Positions 19,554 through 30,455 of a stretch of 64,000 nucleotides of DNA are shown here, one piece after another. The translations under genes were made by a program, and so were the position numbers. The stretch spans positions 160,001-224,000 of the forward strand of contig CAVYCN010000002.1 in the NCBI GenBank assembly GCA_963767005.1, read 5' to 3'. How positions within the stretch are numbered: the stretch's first letter is position 1; each line of letters begins with the position of its first letter. Under the pieces are notes generated by a model that worked only from the letters and a program-made list of their open reading frames with translations, did not search any database and was not told the origin of the DNA. Source of the DNA: an uncultured Actinomycetes bacterium. GTDB lineage: Bacteria; Actinomycetota; Thermoleophilia; UBA2241.

Positions 19554-20894
19554 GTGCAGATCTTCTTCAGCTGGATCCTGGTCCCGGTGATCGTCGTGGC
19601 GGTGCCGCTGTTCTGGCTCGTGCTGCGACGCGAGGCGCACCGCCTGTGGTTCCTGATCGTCGGCTCGCTCGCGCTGCTCGCGCTGCTCAACCCGGCCTTC
19701 GCCGTCGTGTCGGTGTGCCTGGTCGTGGCCACGCACCAGCTCGTCGAGCAGTTGCGCGCCAAGCGCCTGTCGGTGGGGCGCGCCGTGCTCATCGGCGTCC
19801 TCGGGGCGATCGTGGTGCTCGCCCTGGGCAAGTACGGCCAGCGCATGGTCGGCGGCCTGTGGGGCACCGACGACTGGGTCTACACGCGGATCGCCATGCC
19901 GCTCGGCGTGAGCTACTTCGCCTTCCGCCTGCTGCAGTACGTCTTCGACCAGGCCCGTGGCGTGCTCACCGAGAACTCGCTGCTGCGCTTGGCCGCCTTT
20001 GTCTGCTTCCTGCCGACCTTCGCCGCCGGTCCCATCGAGACCTACCAGGGCTTCTACGGCAAGCGCAGCACGAGCTTCGACCGCGACCTCTTCTACCAGG
20101 GCCTGCGGCGCATCGCCATCGGCTACTTCAAGAAGGTCTTCGTCGAGAGCTTCTTCCTGGCCATCTACATCGCGCCCGAGGTGCGCGCCCCGCTCACGCC
20201 GGGCTGGCATTTCAGCACGGCACGGCCGCTGCAGGCCGCCGGCTTTGTGATCTTCGCCTTCCTGCGCGCCTACATCGACCTGTCGGCCTACACCGACCTC
20301 GCCATCGGCTTCTCGCGCCTGTTCGGGTTCCGCATCATGGAGAACTTCAACAACCCGCTCCTGAAGCGCAACCTGAGCGAGTTCTGGCGCTCGTGGCACA
20401 TCTCACTGTCGACCTGGTGCCGCAACAACGTGTACTTCCCGGTGTTCGGCGCGACCCGCAAGGTCTGGCTCGGCCTCTACTCGAGCATGATCGTCATGGG
20501 CCTCTGGCACTACGTCGACCTCAACTGGTTCTCGTGGGCCCTGTGGCACGGCACCGGCCTCGTCGTCGTGAGCTGGTGGCTCGCGCGCAAGAAGGCCTTC
20601 CGCAAGGCTCACCGCGGCAACGCTTTCTGGAGCCGCAGCTCGTGGCGTCACGCGTTGCTGTCGCCGCTCTGGTACGTCATGACGTTCTGCTACGTGGCGC
20701 TCGGCTACGCCTTTGTGGGCACGCCCAACATCACGGTCGCCCTGCGTGTGCTGACCGGTGCGATCGCCGGGCCCGTTGTGTGGCTCGCCCGGCACGGCCT
20801 CGAGGGTCTCGTCATGCTGCTCGTCGTGGTCGCCGTGGCCGTCGCGGTCACGGCCGTCGTGACCGCTGTGCGGCGCCGACCGCAGCCGGCCTGA
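19554..20894 (+). CDS. MBOAT O-acyltransferase (DltB/AlgI-like)
   Basis: PLGVSYFAF, AGPI, DLSAYTDLAIG, ENFNNP, EFWRSWHISLSTW and GLWH (catalytic His) motifs. Confidence 0.92.
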   Translation: MQIFFSWILVPVIVVAVPLFWLVLRREAHRLWFLIVGSLALLALLNPAFAVVSVCLVVATHQLVEQLRAKRLSVGRAVLIGVLGAIVVLALGKYGQRMVGGLWGTDDWVYTRIAMPLGVSYFAFRLLQYVFDQARGVLTENSLLRLAAFVCFLPTFAAGPIETYQGFYGKRSTSFDRDLFYQGLRRIAIGYFKKVFVESFFLAIYIAPEVRAPLTPGWHFSTARPLQAAGFVIFAFLRAYIDLSAYTDLAIGFSRLFGFRIMENFNNPLLKRNLSEFWRSWHISLSTWCRNNVYFPVFGATRKVWLGLYSSMIVMGLWHYVDLNWFSWALWHGTGLVVVSWWLARKKAFRKAHRGNAFWSRSSWRHALLSPLWYVMTFCYVALGYAFVGTPNITVALRVLTGAIAGPVVWLARHGLEGLVMLLVVVAVAVAVTAVVTAVRRRPQPA

Positions 20895-21040
20895 GGGGTC
20901 TTTGCGAGGGGGCGGGGGCGCCCGCGGCGGTGTCGCTGCTTGGCAACTTCTGTGAGCATGTGATACTGTGCCGGCTCACGACGTGAGCGGCCCCTGCTGC
21001 CGCCTGTGATCTTGCGCTCGCACGACCCGGAGGCGACGCG

Positions 21041-22021
21041 ATGAAGATCGACAGAGCATTCAGATGTGTGGTCGTTCTTTCGGTCCTTTCGACCCTTCTC
21101 CTTCTCGTCGTCGCCTCGTCGGCGTCGGCGAGCTCGCTCACCAATGCGACGGCCCAGGCGCGGGCGGTCTCCGCGCAGGTGAGCGCCCTCGACCTGCAGG
21201 TCGACCAGACGGTCAACGCCTACGCGGCCGCCGTGCAGCGTCTCACCGCCATTCAGGCGCAGGTGGGCGCGAACCGCGCCGCGCTCAGCCTCGACCGGTA
21301 CCAGCTCACCATGGCCCAGCAGCAGCTCGCCCAGCACCTCGTGCTCGCCTACAAGGGCGGCGGCGACGGCGTGCTCAACGCCGTGTTCCAGGCGGGCAGC
21401 TTCAGCGACCTGCTCACGCGGCTCGACTACGTACAGCACCTGACCGGCGACGACGCGACCCTGATCCAGGCGGTGCGGCAGCACCGCCGTCAACTCGACG
21501 CGACGGGCAGGGCCCTGCAGAAGGAGCTCAAAAGCGCCGAGACGACGGCGGCCGACCTCACCGCCGCGCGCGACCGGGTCGACGGGGAGCTGAGCGCGCG
21601 CCAGGCGCTGCTGCACGGTCTGAAGGACACGGTCGCGCGACTGGTGGCCGCGCAGCGGACGGTGACGCCCGTCGTGACGACATCCGCCAGCACGCCGGCG
21701 CCGCCCTCGACGGCCGGCGACGGCGGCGGCCCCTGGTGGCCGGCGATCAAGGCCGCCGCCGCCGCCGACGGCATCTGGGCCGAGGGCCTCTACCGGCTGA
21801 TGATGGCCGAGTCGGGCGGGTGCTGCACGGCCTCCAACGGGGTCGACCTCGGCCTCTTCCAGTACGCGACCGGCACCTGGAAGGGCGCCTGGAACCCCTG
21901 GCGCTCGGCGAGCATCTTCGACGGCGGCGCCCAGATCAGGGCGACCGCGCTCGCCGTCCACCTGGGCTACGGCCCGGCGTGGTGGCCCACCACGTACCCC
22001 TGGGCCTTCTCGCGCCAGTAG
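21041..22021 (+). CDS. Secreted coiled-coil (PcsB/CwlO-like) cell-wall hydrolase with lysozyme/SLT-like domain
   Basis: Signal peptide, coiled coil containing AGSFSDLLTRLDY, and C-terminal MMAESGG / LGLFQY. Confidence 0.75.
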   Translation: MKIDRAFRCVVVLSVLSTLLLLVVASSASASSLTNATAQARAVSAQVSALDLQVDQTVNAYAAAVQRLTAIQAQVGANRAALSLDRYQLTMAQQQLAQHLVLAYKGGGDGVLNAVFQAGSFSDLLTRLDYVQHLTGDDATLIQAVRQHRRQLDATGRALQKELKSAETTAADLTAARDRVDGELSARQALLHGLKDTVARLVAAQRTVTPVVTTSASTPAPPSTAGDGGGPWWPAIKAAAAADGIWAEGLYRLMMAESGGCCTASNGVDLGLFQYATGTWKGAWNPWRSASIFDGGAQIRATALAVHLGYGPAWWPTTYPWAFSRQ

Positions 22022-22346
22022 GCCGCCGCACAACTCCGTCGTCGGCGTTCGGGCCGGCGTGACTTGGTCGCGCGCCTGGTCCGCGCCGCGCGCCGCTCAC
22101 CCGCCTGAGGCTCCGCCGCACTCGCCCGAGCGCCGCTCGCGCCACCCTCTCCGTCGCACGACGCGACCGAGCCCCAACCTGAGCAGAACGGCCGCGACGG
22201 CCTCGGTAGTCGCTGCGCCGAATCGGGGATAGTAGGCACGATGAGCGGCGGCCGGCCGGCGGCCGAAGGGCAGCGCGGCCGGCGCGGCTCATCGTGAAGG
22301 GGGTGGCCGCACGATCGGCCCATCCTTCGACGGCGAGGGAGTGCAT

Positions 22347-23510
22347 ATGGCATACGACGACAGCAAGCTTGCCGCGCTGGCGGACTTCGGCCAGAGCGTC
22401 TGGCTCGACTTCATCAGCCGCGACATCCTGCGTTCGGGCCGTCTCGACGAGCTCGTCGCGCGGGGCGTGACCGGGATGACCACCAATCCCACGATCTTCC
22501 AGAAGGCGATCGCTCAGGGCGACGCCTACGACGAGGAGATCGCCGAGCTCGCCGAGCAGGGTCGTTCGGCCGCCGAGATCGCCGACGCGCTGATCGTCTC
22601 CGACGTGCGCGCGGCCTGCGACCTGCTGCGCCCGGTCTACGACGGCAGCGCTCACCGCGACGGTTACGTGTCGATCGAAGTGTCGCCCGAGGTCGCCTAC
22701 GACACGCGGGCGACGCTGCGTGAGGCGCGACGCCTGCACGACGCGGTCGGGCGTCCCAATGTCATGGTCAAGATCCCCGGCACGCCGCCCGGGATCGCCG
22801 CCGTCCGCCAGGCCGTCGCGGCCGGCCTGCACATCAACATCACCCTGCTCTTCGCGATCGCCGCCTACGAGCGCGTGATCGACGCCTTCCAGGGCGGACT
22901 CGAGGAGCGCGTCGCCCGGGGCGAGCCGATCGACGACGTGCACTCGGTGGCGAGCTTCTTCGTGTCGCGCATCGACGCGAAGGCCGACCGCGAGATCGAC
23001 GACCGTCTGAGCGGCGAGGTCGACGCCGTGGTGCGCGAGCGGCTCGAGGGCCTGCGCGCCAGCCTCGCTCTGGCCAACGCCCGTCTCGCCTACGGGCGCT
23101 TCAACGAGTCGCTGTCGTCGGACCGCTGGCACCGTCTGGCCGAACGCGGGGCGCACCCGCAACGGCTGCTGTGGGCCAGCACGAGCACCAAGGATCCGCG
23201 ATACGATGATCTGCTGTACGTCGACAACCTGATCGGGCGACGCACCGTCGACACCGTGCCCGAGGAGACGCTCAACGCCTTCCTCGACCACGGCGTGGTC
23301 CGCCGGACGCTCGGCCGCGACGCCGACGACGAGGCCCGCGCCCGGGTGGAGCGGGCGGCGGCCCTCGGGGTCGACCTGCGCACGATCACCGGCGAGCTGC
23401 AGGCCGAGGGCGTGCGTCTGTTCAGCGACTCGTTCGAGGGGCTGCGCGACACCGTCGAACGCAAACGTGCCGAGCTCCTGGCCGGCGAGGAGAGGAGGCT
23501 GAGTGCCTAG
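22347..23510 (+). CDS. tal: Transaldolase
   Basis: GQSVWLD, GMTTNPTIF, VSIEVSP, NVMVKIP, SFFVSRID and LLWASTSTK motifs. Confidence 0.95.
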   Translation: MAYDDSKLAALADFGQSVWLDFISRDILRSGRLDELVARGVTGMTTNPTIFQKAIAQGDAYDEEIAELAEQGRSAAEIADALIVSDVRAACDLLRPVYDGSAHRDGYVSIEVSPEVAYDTRATLREARRLHDAVGRPNVMVKIPGTPPGIAAVRQAVAAGLHINITLLFAIAAYERVIDAFQGGLEERVARGEPIDDVHSVASFFVSRIDAKADREIDDRLSGEVDAVVRERLEGLRASLALANARLAYGRFNESLSSDRWHRLAERGAHPQRLLWASTSTKDPRYDDLLYVDNLIGRRTVDTVPEETLNAFLDHGVVRRTLGRDADDEARARVERAAALGVDLRTITGELQAEGVRLFSDSFEGLRDTVERKRAELLAGEERRLSA

Positions 23511-25182
23511 CGACCCGGTGCTCGAAGCGATCGATCGGCGACTGCAGAGCTTCGACGACGAGCGCTTCGGCGAGCGGCTGTTCGAGCACGACGCGACACT
23601 CTGGAAAGACGACCCGCGACACGGCGCGATCATCGCGCAGGCCCTCGGCTGGCTGACGATCGCCGACGACATGAGGACACGGAGCGGCGACCTGCTCGGC
23701 TTCGCCGCGCAGGTCGCCGCCGAAGGCTACCGCGACGCGGTGCTGCTCGGCATGGGCGGCTCGAGCCTTGCGCCCGAGGTGCTGCGCCGCACCTTCGGGG
23801 TGGCCGACGGCTATCTCGACCTGCGCATCTGCGACTCGACCGACCCGGCCGCCGTGCGCGCCGTCGAGGAGGCGGTCGACCTCGAGCATACGCTGTTCAT
23901 CGTCTCGAGCAAGTCGAGCGGCACCACCGAGACGGCCTCGTTCCACGCCTACTTCCACGAGCGCCTGTGCGGGCTCGTCGGCGACGAGGCGGCCGGCCGC
24001 CACTTCGTGGCGATCACCGATCCCGACACCGCGCTGCACGAGGAGGCGCTGGCCCAGGGCTTTCGCGCCGTCTTTCTGAACCCGCCCGACATCGGCGGGC
24101 GCTACTCGGCCCTGTCGTATTTCGGTCTCGTGCCGGCCGCCCTCATCGGCCTCGACATCGACCGCCTGCTCGAGCGCGCCGCGTCGGTCGCGGCGCAGTG
24201 CCGCGACGGCGGCCCGGCGCGCGAGCACCCGGCCTTCAAGGTCGGCGTCGCGCTGGGCGAGCTCGCCCTCGCCGGCCGCGACAAGGTGACGTTCTTCCTG
24301 TCGCCCGCGATCGCCGCGCTCGGCGCCTGGCTCGAGCAGCTCCTGGCCGAGAGCACGGGCAAGGAGGGTACCGGTCTCGTGCCGATCGACGGCGAGCCGC
24401 CCGGCCCGCCCGAGGCCTACGGTGAGGACAGGGTGTTCGTGTACCTCGCCCTCGAGGGCGAGTCCGACGAGCGCCGTGGCGAGGCGCTGCAGGCGCTCGC
24501 CGCCGCCGGGCAGCCGACCATGACGCTGACGCTCAGCGACCTCTGGGACGTGGGCGCCGAATTCGTGCGCTGGGAGATGGCCGTGGCGGCCGCCGGCGCG
24601 GTGCTCGGCATCGACCCCTTCGACCAGCCCAACGTTCAGGAGAGCAAGGACAACACCAGACGGCTGCTCGCCGTCTACGAGGCCGAGGGCAGCCTGCCGG
24701 CGCCGCCCACGGCGGCCGGCCGGCCGCTCACCGTGGCGGTCGGCGACCCCGGCCTCCGCGACGCGCTGCGCGGGCTGCTCGGCGTGGTGCGGCCCGGCGA
24801 CTACGTGGCGCTGCAGGCCTACGTGCCGCCGGGCGAGCGCCACCAGCGCATCCTGCAGGGCGTCAGGCTTCTGCTGCGCGACCGCTTCCACGTGGCCACG
24901 ACGCTGGGCTACGGGCCCCGCTTCCTGCACTCGACCGGCCAGCTCCACAAGGGCGGCCGGCCCGACGGCGTGTTCCTGCAGCTCACCTGCGGCGAGCGCG
25001 GCGATCTGCCGATCCCGGGGCAGCCCTACACGTTCGGGCTCCTCGTGCAGGCGCAGGCGCGCGGCGATCTCGAGGCGCTCGCCTCGCGCGGACTGCGCGT
25101 GCTGTCGGTCGACCTCGGCTCCGAGCCGCTGGCCGGCCTCACGACCCTGGGCGGCGCCGTGGCGGAGCTGCTGCGGGGCTGA
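23503..25182 (+). CDS. pgi: Glucose-6-phosphate isomerase
   Basis: GMGGSSL, SSKSSGTTE, IGGRYSALS, EQLLAESTGK, PFDQPNVQESK and HSTGQLHKGG motifs. Confidence 0.92.
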   Translation: MPSDPVLEAIDRRLQSFDDERFGERLFEHDATLWKDDPRHGAIIAQALGWLTIADDMRTRSGDLLGFAAQVAAEGYRDAVLLGMGGSSLAPEVLRRTFGVADGYLDLRICDSTDPAAVRAVEEAVDLEHTLFIVSSKSSGTTETASFHAYFHERLCGLVGDEAAGRHFVAITDPDTALHEEALAQGFRAVFLNPPDIGGRYSALSYFGLVPAALIGLDIDRLLERAASVAAQCRDGGPAREHPAFKVGVALGELALAGRDKVTFFLSPAIAALGAWLEQLLAESTGKEGTGLVPIDGEPPGPPEAYGEDRVFVYLALEGESDERRGEALQALAAAGQPTMTLTLSDLWDVGAEFVRWEMAVAAAGAVLGIDPFDQPNVQESKDNTRRLLAVYEAEGSLPAPPTAAGRPLTVAVGDPGLRDALRGLLGVVRPGDYVALQAYVPPGERHQRILQGVRLLLRDRFHVATTLGYGPRFLHSTGQLHKGGRPDGVFLQLTCGERGDLPIPGQPYTFGLLVQAQARGDLEALASRGLRVLSVDLGSEPLAGLTTLGGAVAELLRG

Positions 25183-25266
25183 CCGAGCACGGCGACGAGG
25201 CGGCGGCCGGCTTTGAGCCGGCCGCCGCCCGCGCCTCGACACCCGACGAGACAAAGGAGACGGCAC

Positions 25267-26166
25267 ATGGAACTGGCGATGGTCGGCCTCGGTCGCATGG
25301 GCGGCAACATGGCGCGGCGCTTGCTGCGCGGCGGGCACCGCGTCGTCGTCTGGAACCGCACGTTCGCCAAGGCGCAGGAGCTCGAGAGCGCGGGCGCCGA
25401 GGCGGTCGAGCGGCTTGAGGACGTGCCCGGCAAGCTCACGGCGCCGCGCGCGATCTGGGTGATGCTGCCGTACGGAGCTCCTACAGACGAGGCCATCGAC
25501 GCGCTCGTGCCGCACCTCGACCGCAACGACGTCGTGATCGACGGCGGCAACTCGCCCTATCAGCACGACATCGAGCGCGGCGCCCGGCTCGAGACGCAGG
25601 GCCTCCGCTACCTCGACGCCGGTACGAGCGGCGGCGTGTGGGGGCTCGAGGTCGGCTACTGCCTGATGGTGGGCGGCGACCGCAGCGCCTTCGAGCAGAT
25701 CGAGCCGGCGCTCGCCACGCTGGCGCCGCCCGGCCACGGCTACGAGTACTGTGGCGGCCACGGCGCCGGTCACTTCGTGAAGATGGTCCACAACGGCATC
25801 GAGTACGGCATGATGCAGGCCTACGGCGAGGGCTTCGAGCTGCTCGCGGCGAGCGGCTACGACCTCGACCTCTCGTCGATCGCCGACCTCTGGAACCAGG
25901 GCAGCGTGGTGCGCTCGTGGCTGCTCGAGCTGGCCGTCGACGCCTTCCGCAAGGACCCCGGCCTCGAGCAGATCAGCGGCTACGTCGAGGACACCGGCGA
26001 GGGCCGCTGGACGGTGCAGCAGGCGATCGAGCGCGGCGTGCCCATGCCGGTGATCGCCCTGTCGCTGTTCATGCGCTTCCGCTCGCGGCAGGACGACTCG
26101 TTCTCGGGCAAGGTGCTGGCCGCGCTGCGCAACGAGTTCGGCGGTCACGCCGTGAAGGCCAGATGA
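25267..26166 (+). CDS. gnd: 6-phosphogluconate dehydrogenase (short form)
   Basis: [26 protein letters not shown] and ALRNEFGGH motifs. Confidence 0.95.
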   Translation: MELAMVGLGRMGGNMARRLLRGGHRVVVWNRTFAKAQELESAGAEAVERLEDVPGKLTAPRAIWVMLPYGAPTDEAIDALVPHLDRNDVVIDGGNSPYQHDIERGARLETQGLRYLDAGTSGGVWGLEVGYCLMVGGDRSAFEQIEPALATLAPPGHGYEYCGGHGAGHFVKMVHNGIEYGMMQAYGEGFELLAASGYDLDLSSIADLWNQGSVVRSWLLELAVDAFRKDPGLEQISGYVEDTGEGRWTVQQAIERGVPMPVIALSLFMRFRSRQDDSFSGKVLAALRNEFGGHAVKAR

Positions 26167-26239
26167 ACGGCGCCGGACTGCGCCCGCCGCGTGGCGGGCG
26201 GCCGGGCGGTCAAGCGCGGCCGGCGAGGGACGGACGGCC

Positions 26240-27853
26240 ATGGACGTGATCGGCTACGACGAGTCCGAGACGCCGCTGCGCGAGGCGCCCGGCACGACGC
26301 CGGTCGAGTCGCCGCTCACCCTCGAGCGTCGTCCCGAGCCCTGCACGATCGTGCTGTTCGGCGTGACCGGCGACCTCGCCAGTCGCAAGCTGATCCCGGC
26401 TCTGTACGACCTCGCCTGCCACAACGTGCTGCCGCGGCGCTTCGCCCTGGTCGGCTACGGGCGCAAGGCCATGAGCGACCCCGACATGAAAGCGCTCTCG
26501 CGCGAGGCCATCGACAGCTTCTTCGGCTCCGGCACGGCCGAGACGCGCACCTGTAACGACATGCTCGACACGGTGCACTACGTGCAGGGCGAGTTCAACG
26601 ACGCGGCCGGCTACGAGCGCCTCGCCGACACGCTCGACGAGCTCGATCGCGACAAGCACACGGCCGGCAACCGCATCTTCTACCTCGCCACGCCGCCGAG
26701 CCTGTTCCCGGTCATCATCGAGCGGCTCGGCGCCGCCGGCCTGAACCGCGGCGGCGCGACCGGCGCCCCCGAGGAGCACGGCGAGGACCATGGCTGGGTG
26801 CGCGCCGTGATCGAGAAGCCGTTCGGCAGCGACCTCGACGGCGCCCGCGCGCTGAACGCCGTCGTGCGCAAGGTCTTCGACGAGAGCCAGGTGTACCGCA
26901 TCGACCACTATCTGGCGAAGGAGACGGTGCAGAACATCCTGGTCTTCCGCTTCGCCAACGGCATCTTCGAGCCGGTCTGGAACCGGCGCTACGTCGACCA
27001 CGTGCAGATCACGGCGGCCGAGACGCTCGGCGTCGAGCACCGCGGCGCCTACTACGAGGAGTCCGGCGCGCTGCGCGACATGATCCAGAACCACCTGCTG
27101 CAGCTCCTCACCCTGACGGCCATGGAGCCGCCGGTCGCCTTCGACGCCGACGCCGTGCGCGACGAGAAGGTCAAGGTGATCAGGGCGATCAGGCCGATCC
27201 CGATCGAGCGCGTCGACCAGTACGCCGTGCGCGGCCAGTACGTCGAGGGCACGATCGGCGGCGAGATCGTGCCGGGCTACCGCCAGGAGGAACGCGTGGC
27301 GCCCGACTCGACGGTCGAGACCTTCGCCGCCGTCAAGTTCCTGATCGACAACTGGCGCTGGCAGGGCGTGCCGTTCTACCTGCGCACCGGCAAGCGCCTG
27401 CCGGGTCACGTGACCGAGATCGCCATCCAGTTCAAGCGGCCGCCGTTCCTGCTGTTCAAGGACGCCGACGTGCCGGGCGACCGCGTACCGGCCAACCTGC
27501 TGATCGGCCACATCCAGCCGCGCGAGGGTTTCTCGCTGCGGTTCGAGGCCAAGGTGCCGGGCCAGGCCATCCGCCTGCAGCCCGTCGAGATGGACTTCGA
27601 CTACGGCTCGCAGCTCTCCGAGCTGCCCTTCAGCGCCTACGAGACGCTGCTGCTCGACTGCATGGTCGGCGACCAGACGCTGTTCAACCGCGACGACCAG
27701 GTCGAGGAGGCCTGGCGCGTGGTGAACCCGATCCTCGAAGCGTGGTACCGCTCGGGTCCCGGGGCCGTGTCGATCTACGAGGCCGGCACGTGGGGCCCCG
27801 AGGCCGCCGAAGGTCTCGTGGCGAGCGACGGCCGCGCCTGGCGGCGCCCGTGA
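26240..27853 (+). CDS. zwf: Glucose-6-phosphate 1-dehydrogenase
   Basis: [22 protein letters not shown] and [13 protein letters not shown] motifs. Confidence 0.96.
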   Translation: MDVIGYDESETPLREAPGTTPVESPLTLERRPEPCTIVLFGVTGDLASRKLIPALYDLACHNVLPRRFALVGYGRKAMSDPDMKALSREAIDSFFGSGTAETRTCNDMLDTVHYVQGEFNDAAGYERLADTLDELDRDKHTAGNRIFYLATPPSLFPVIIERLGAAGLNRGGATGAPEEHGEDHGWVRAVIEKPFGSDLDGARALNAVVRKVFDESQVYRIDHYLAKETVQNILVFRFANGIFEPVWNRRYVDHVQITAAETLGVEHRGAYYEESGALRDMIQNHLLQLLTLTAMEPPVAFDADAVRDEKVKVIRAIRPIPIERVDQYAVRGQYVEGTIGGEIVPGYRQEERVAPDSTVETFAAVKFLIDNWRWQGVPFYLRTGKRLPGHVTEIAIQFKRPPFLLFKDADVPGDRVPANLLIGHIQPREGFSLRFEAKVPGQAIRLQPVEMDFDYGSQLSELPFSAYETLLLDCMVGDQTLFNRDDQVEEAWRVVNPILEAWYRSGPGAVSIYEAGTWGPEAAEGLVASDGRAWRRP

Positions 27854-28620
27854 GCGCCGCGCTCGGCACCTCGCTCGAGGTGCTGCCCGACGCCGCCGCG
27901 GTGGCCCGCCGCGGCGCCGACCTGCTGGCCGCCGCCGCGCAGGAGGCCGCCGCGGCGCGCGGCGCCTGCACCGTGGCCTTGTCGGGCGGCGACTCGCCGC
28001 GGCCGCTCTACGCGCTGCTCGCCCGCCAGCAGTTCGCCCAGAAGATCCCCTGGCGGCGCGTGCACCTGTACTGGGGCGACGAGCGCTGCGTGCCGCCCGA
28101 TAGCGAGCGCAGCAACTACGCCATGGCGCGCGAGGCCTTCATCCGCCACGTGCCGATCCCCGAGCAGAACGTGCACCGCATGCGCGGCGAGGACGACCCC
28201 GACGAGGCGGCGAGGGCGTACGAACGGCTGCTCGCGCAGCCGCCCGCCCTCGCCGCCCACTCCACCGCCGACCTGCCGGTGATCGACCTCGTACTGCTCG
28301 GTCTCGGCCCCGACGGCCACACCGCGTCGCTGTTCCCGCACTCGCCGGCGCTCGCCGTCGAAGATCGGCTCTGCGTCGCGAACGAGGGCGAGGGCACGGG
28401 GCAGAGGTTGACCATGACCTACCCGGTCGTGAATGCCGCGCGACGCGTCGTGTTCGTCGTGACCGGCGCCGCCAAGGCCGGCATGGTGGCCGAGGTGCTC
28501 GAGGGCCTGCGCGCGCCCGAGGCGATCCCCGCCCAGGGGGTCGCGCCGGTTCACGGCGCCCTCACCTGGCTGCTCGACGAGGCCGCGGCGAGCGAGCTGA
28601 GCGAGCGGGGAGGCGGCTGA
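27850..28620 (+). CDS. pgl: 6-phosphogluconolactonase
   Basis: [16 protein letters not shown] and [14 protein letters not shown] motifs. GTGA overlap with zwf. Confidence 0.93.
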   Translation: MSAALGTSLEVLPDAAAVARRGADLLAAAAQEAAAARGACTVALSGGDSPRPLYALLARQQFAQKIPWRRVHLYWGDERCVPPDSERSNYAMAREAFIRHVPIPEQNVHRMRGEDDPDEAARAYERLLAQPPALAAHSTADLPVIDLVLLGLGPDGHTASLFPHSPALAVEDRLCVANEGEGTGQRLTMTYPVVNAARRVVFVVTGAAKAGMVAEVLEGLRAPEAIPAQGVAPVHGALTWLLDEAAASELSERGGG

Positions 28621-28726
28621 GCACACGCTCTCGGATCATCGACCGGCGGCGCCCTTTCGTGCGCTCTGCGAGTGGAGGCATCGCTGCCCGTCGGACGTAG
28701 TATGGTTCTGACGAGAGGAGCGCCTC

Positions 28727-28864
28727 ATGGGGAACATCGCCTGGAGTTTGATCATCTGGACCGCCGTCACGTTCGTCGTGATGGTGGGGCTCGTCGTCGG
28801 TGTGGCGATCTGGCTGGCCAGACGCGTTCGGGGGCGAACGCGAACAGGCGCGCCGAGGGCCTGA
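28727..28864 (+). CDS. 45-aa single-TM small protein
   Basis: AGAGGAG RBS. Sequence MGNIAWSLIIWTAVTFVVMVGLVVGVAIWLARRVRGRTRTGAPRA*. Below the ORF-track cutoff. Confidence 0.6.
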   Translation: MGNIAWSLIIWTAVTFVVMVGLVVGVAIWLARRVRGRTRTGAPRA

Positions 28865-28939
28865 CGGCAGGCGCAGCGCGCGCCGATGCGGGGAGCCGAG
28901 GACGAGTGTCTGGCCTTCGCCGTGCGGTGGTATCCTGTC

Positions 28940-29322
28940 CGAGCAAGCCAGGTGGCCGCGGCGCGGCCGCGTCTTCCGTCTCCTCGGAGCGGACGAGGCG
29001 CCGCGTCGAGGAAAGTCCGGACACCACAGAGCAGGGCGCTGGATAACGTCCAGGCGGCGAAAGCCGACGGCAGCGCAACAGAGAGCAGACCGCCAGCGGC
29101 CCCTTCGGGGGTGCGGGCAAGGGTGAAACGGTGAGGTAAGAGCTCACCAGCGGTCCTGGCGACAGGCCGGCTCGGCAAGCCCCGCCCGGTGCAAGACCAA
29201 ATAGGGAGGCGTTCGAGGGTTGCTCGCCCGAAGCCTCCGGGTCGGTCGCACGAGCCCCGCGGCAACGCGGTGGCCCAGATGGATGGCCACTCAACGACAG
29301 AATCCGGCTTATCGGCTTGCTG
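28940..29322 (+). ncRNA. rnpB: RNase P RNA, class A
   Basis: GAGGAAAGTCCGGACACC, AACAGAGAGCAGACCGCC, AGGGTGAAACGGTGAGGTAAGAGC, GTGCAAGACCAAATAG and ACAGAATCCGGCTTA hallmarks. P1 pairing AGCAAGCC/GGCTTGCT. Confidence 0.97.
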
Positions 29323-29324
29323 AC

Positions 29325-29359
29325 GAAAGCCCCGCCGCGCAGCTGACGGCGGGGCTTTC
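29325..29359 (+). terminator. rnpB intrinsic terminator
   Basis: GAAAGCCCCGCCG...CGGCGGGGCTTTC. Confidence 0.75.
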
Positions 29360-29378
29360 CATAAAGAGGGGGAGTGAG

Positions 29379-29909
29379 GTGAGCGCGGCGCCCACAGCGG
29401 CCGAGGTGATCGCCCGTCTGGGACTCGAGCCGCACCCCGAGGGCGGCTATTTCCGCGAGACCTATCGTTCGGCCGCCACGGTCGATGCCCCGCAGGGCCG
29501 GCGCGCCGCGGCGACCGCCATCGCGTTCCTGCTCACCGCCGGGCGCCCGAGCCGCTTCCACCGCCTCATCTCCGACGAGCTCTGGGCCTGGCAGGGCGGC
29601 GCGCCGCTCGAGCTGTGGCTGCTCGAGCAGGACGGCACGGCACGCGCCGTCGTCCTGGGCTCGAGCAGCGAGCGGGCCGCGGCCCTGCCGGCGGTGCGCG
29701 TGCCGGCCGGCGTCTGGCAGGCGGCCCGCGTGACCGCGCCGGCGGCCGGGGAGCCGGCCCGCGCGACCGCGCCTGCGGCGGCCGACTGGGCGCTCGTGTC
29801 GTGCGTCGTCACGCCGGGCTTCGACCACGCCGACTTTGCGCTCGGGCGGCGCGAGGTGCTCGCGGCGGGCTGGCCCCAGGCCGCCGCCGTGGTCGAGGAG
29901 CTCACGTAG
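29379..29909 (+). CDS. Cupin_5 (DUF985) protein
   Basis: LGLEPHPEGGYFRETYRS, FHRL.SDELW and LVSCVVTPGF motifs. Confidence 0.9.
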   Translation: MSAAPTAAEVIARLGLEPHPEGGYFRETYRSAATVDAPQGRRAAATAIAFLLTAGRPSRFHRLISDELWAWQGGAPLELWLLEQDGTARAVVLGSSSERAAALPAVRVPAGVWQAARVTAPAAGEPARATAPAAADWALVSCVVTPGFDHADFALGRREVLAAGWPQAAAVVEELT

Positions 29910-29974
29910 GGCGATTGTGCCGCTCCGGCGCGGCGCGTATCCTTGCTTGGACCAACCTTGTCCAAGGAGGCCAC

Positions 29975-30352
29975 GTGGCCCGTGCACTCACGCCCGACGA
30001 GCTCACCCGGTATCCGTGGGCCAGCCGGATCGGCGACTACGTCCCGGTCGGCCGGCTGCGCACGACGGCCGTGCTGATCGGCGTCGGCGGCCTCCTGGTG
30101 CTCCTGCTGGGCTGCATCGTGTCGCTGGCCGCCGCCGAGAACATCCGCCATGCGGTGACCATGAGTCACTGGGGCACCGCGGCCGGTGTGTACGGCGGCA
30201 TCGCGCTCTCCGCCGTCGGCGCCGTGCTCGGCGTCGTCACGCTGGTGCAGTGGTTCTCGCGCCGTGGCTCGATCGCGCCACTCCTGTGGTCGCTCGGCGC
30301 GTTCGTGCCGGTGCTCGTGATCGTGTTCCTGATCCGGCCGGCCATCCACTGA
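29975..30352 (+). CDS. Small membrane protein (about 3 TM), unknown function
   Basis: AAGGAGG RBS, GTG start and three hydrophobic segments. Confidence 0.7.
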   Translation: MARALTPDELTRYPWASRIGDYVPVGRLRTTAVLIGVGGLLVLLLGCIVSLAAAENIRHAVTMSHWGTAAGVYGGIALSAVGAVLGVVTLVQWFSRRGSIAPLLWSLGAFVPVLVIVFLIRPAIH

Positions 30353-30455
30353 CCGTCGCGGCGCGCGCCGCGGCGCGAGCGGCGTCGCCGGCAACGTCCG
30401 CGGCGCGGAGCGGCCGGCTCCGTCCGGATGGCCTGCTAGCGTAGGACACGCCACC

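Noticed and set aside
20895-21040. c-di-AMP riboswitch upstream of the cell-wall hydrolase
   Set aside because: The context would fit, but the conserved GAATC, GGGGAAC and CAGCTAAC elements are absent.
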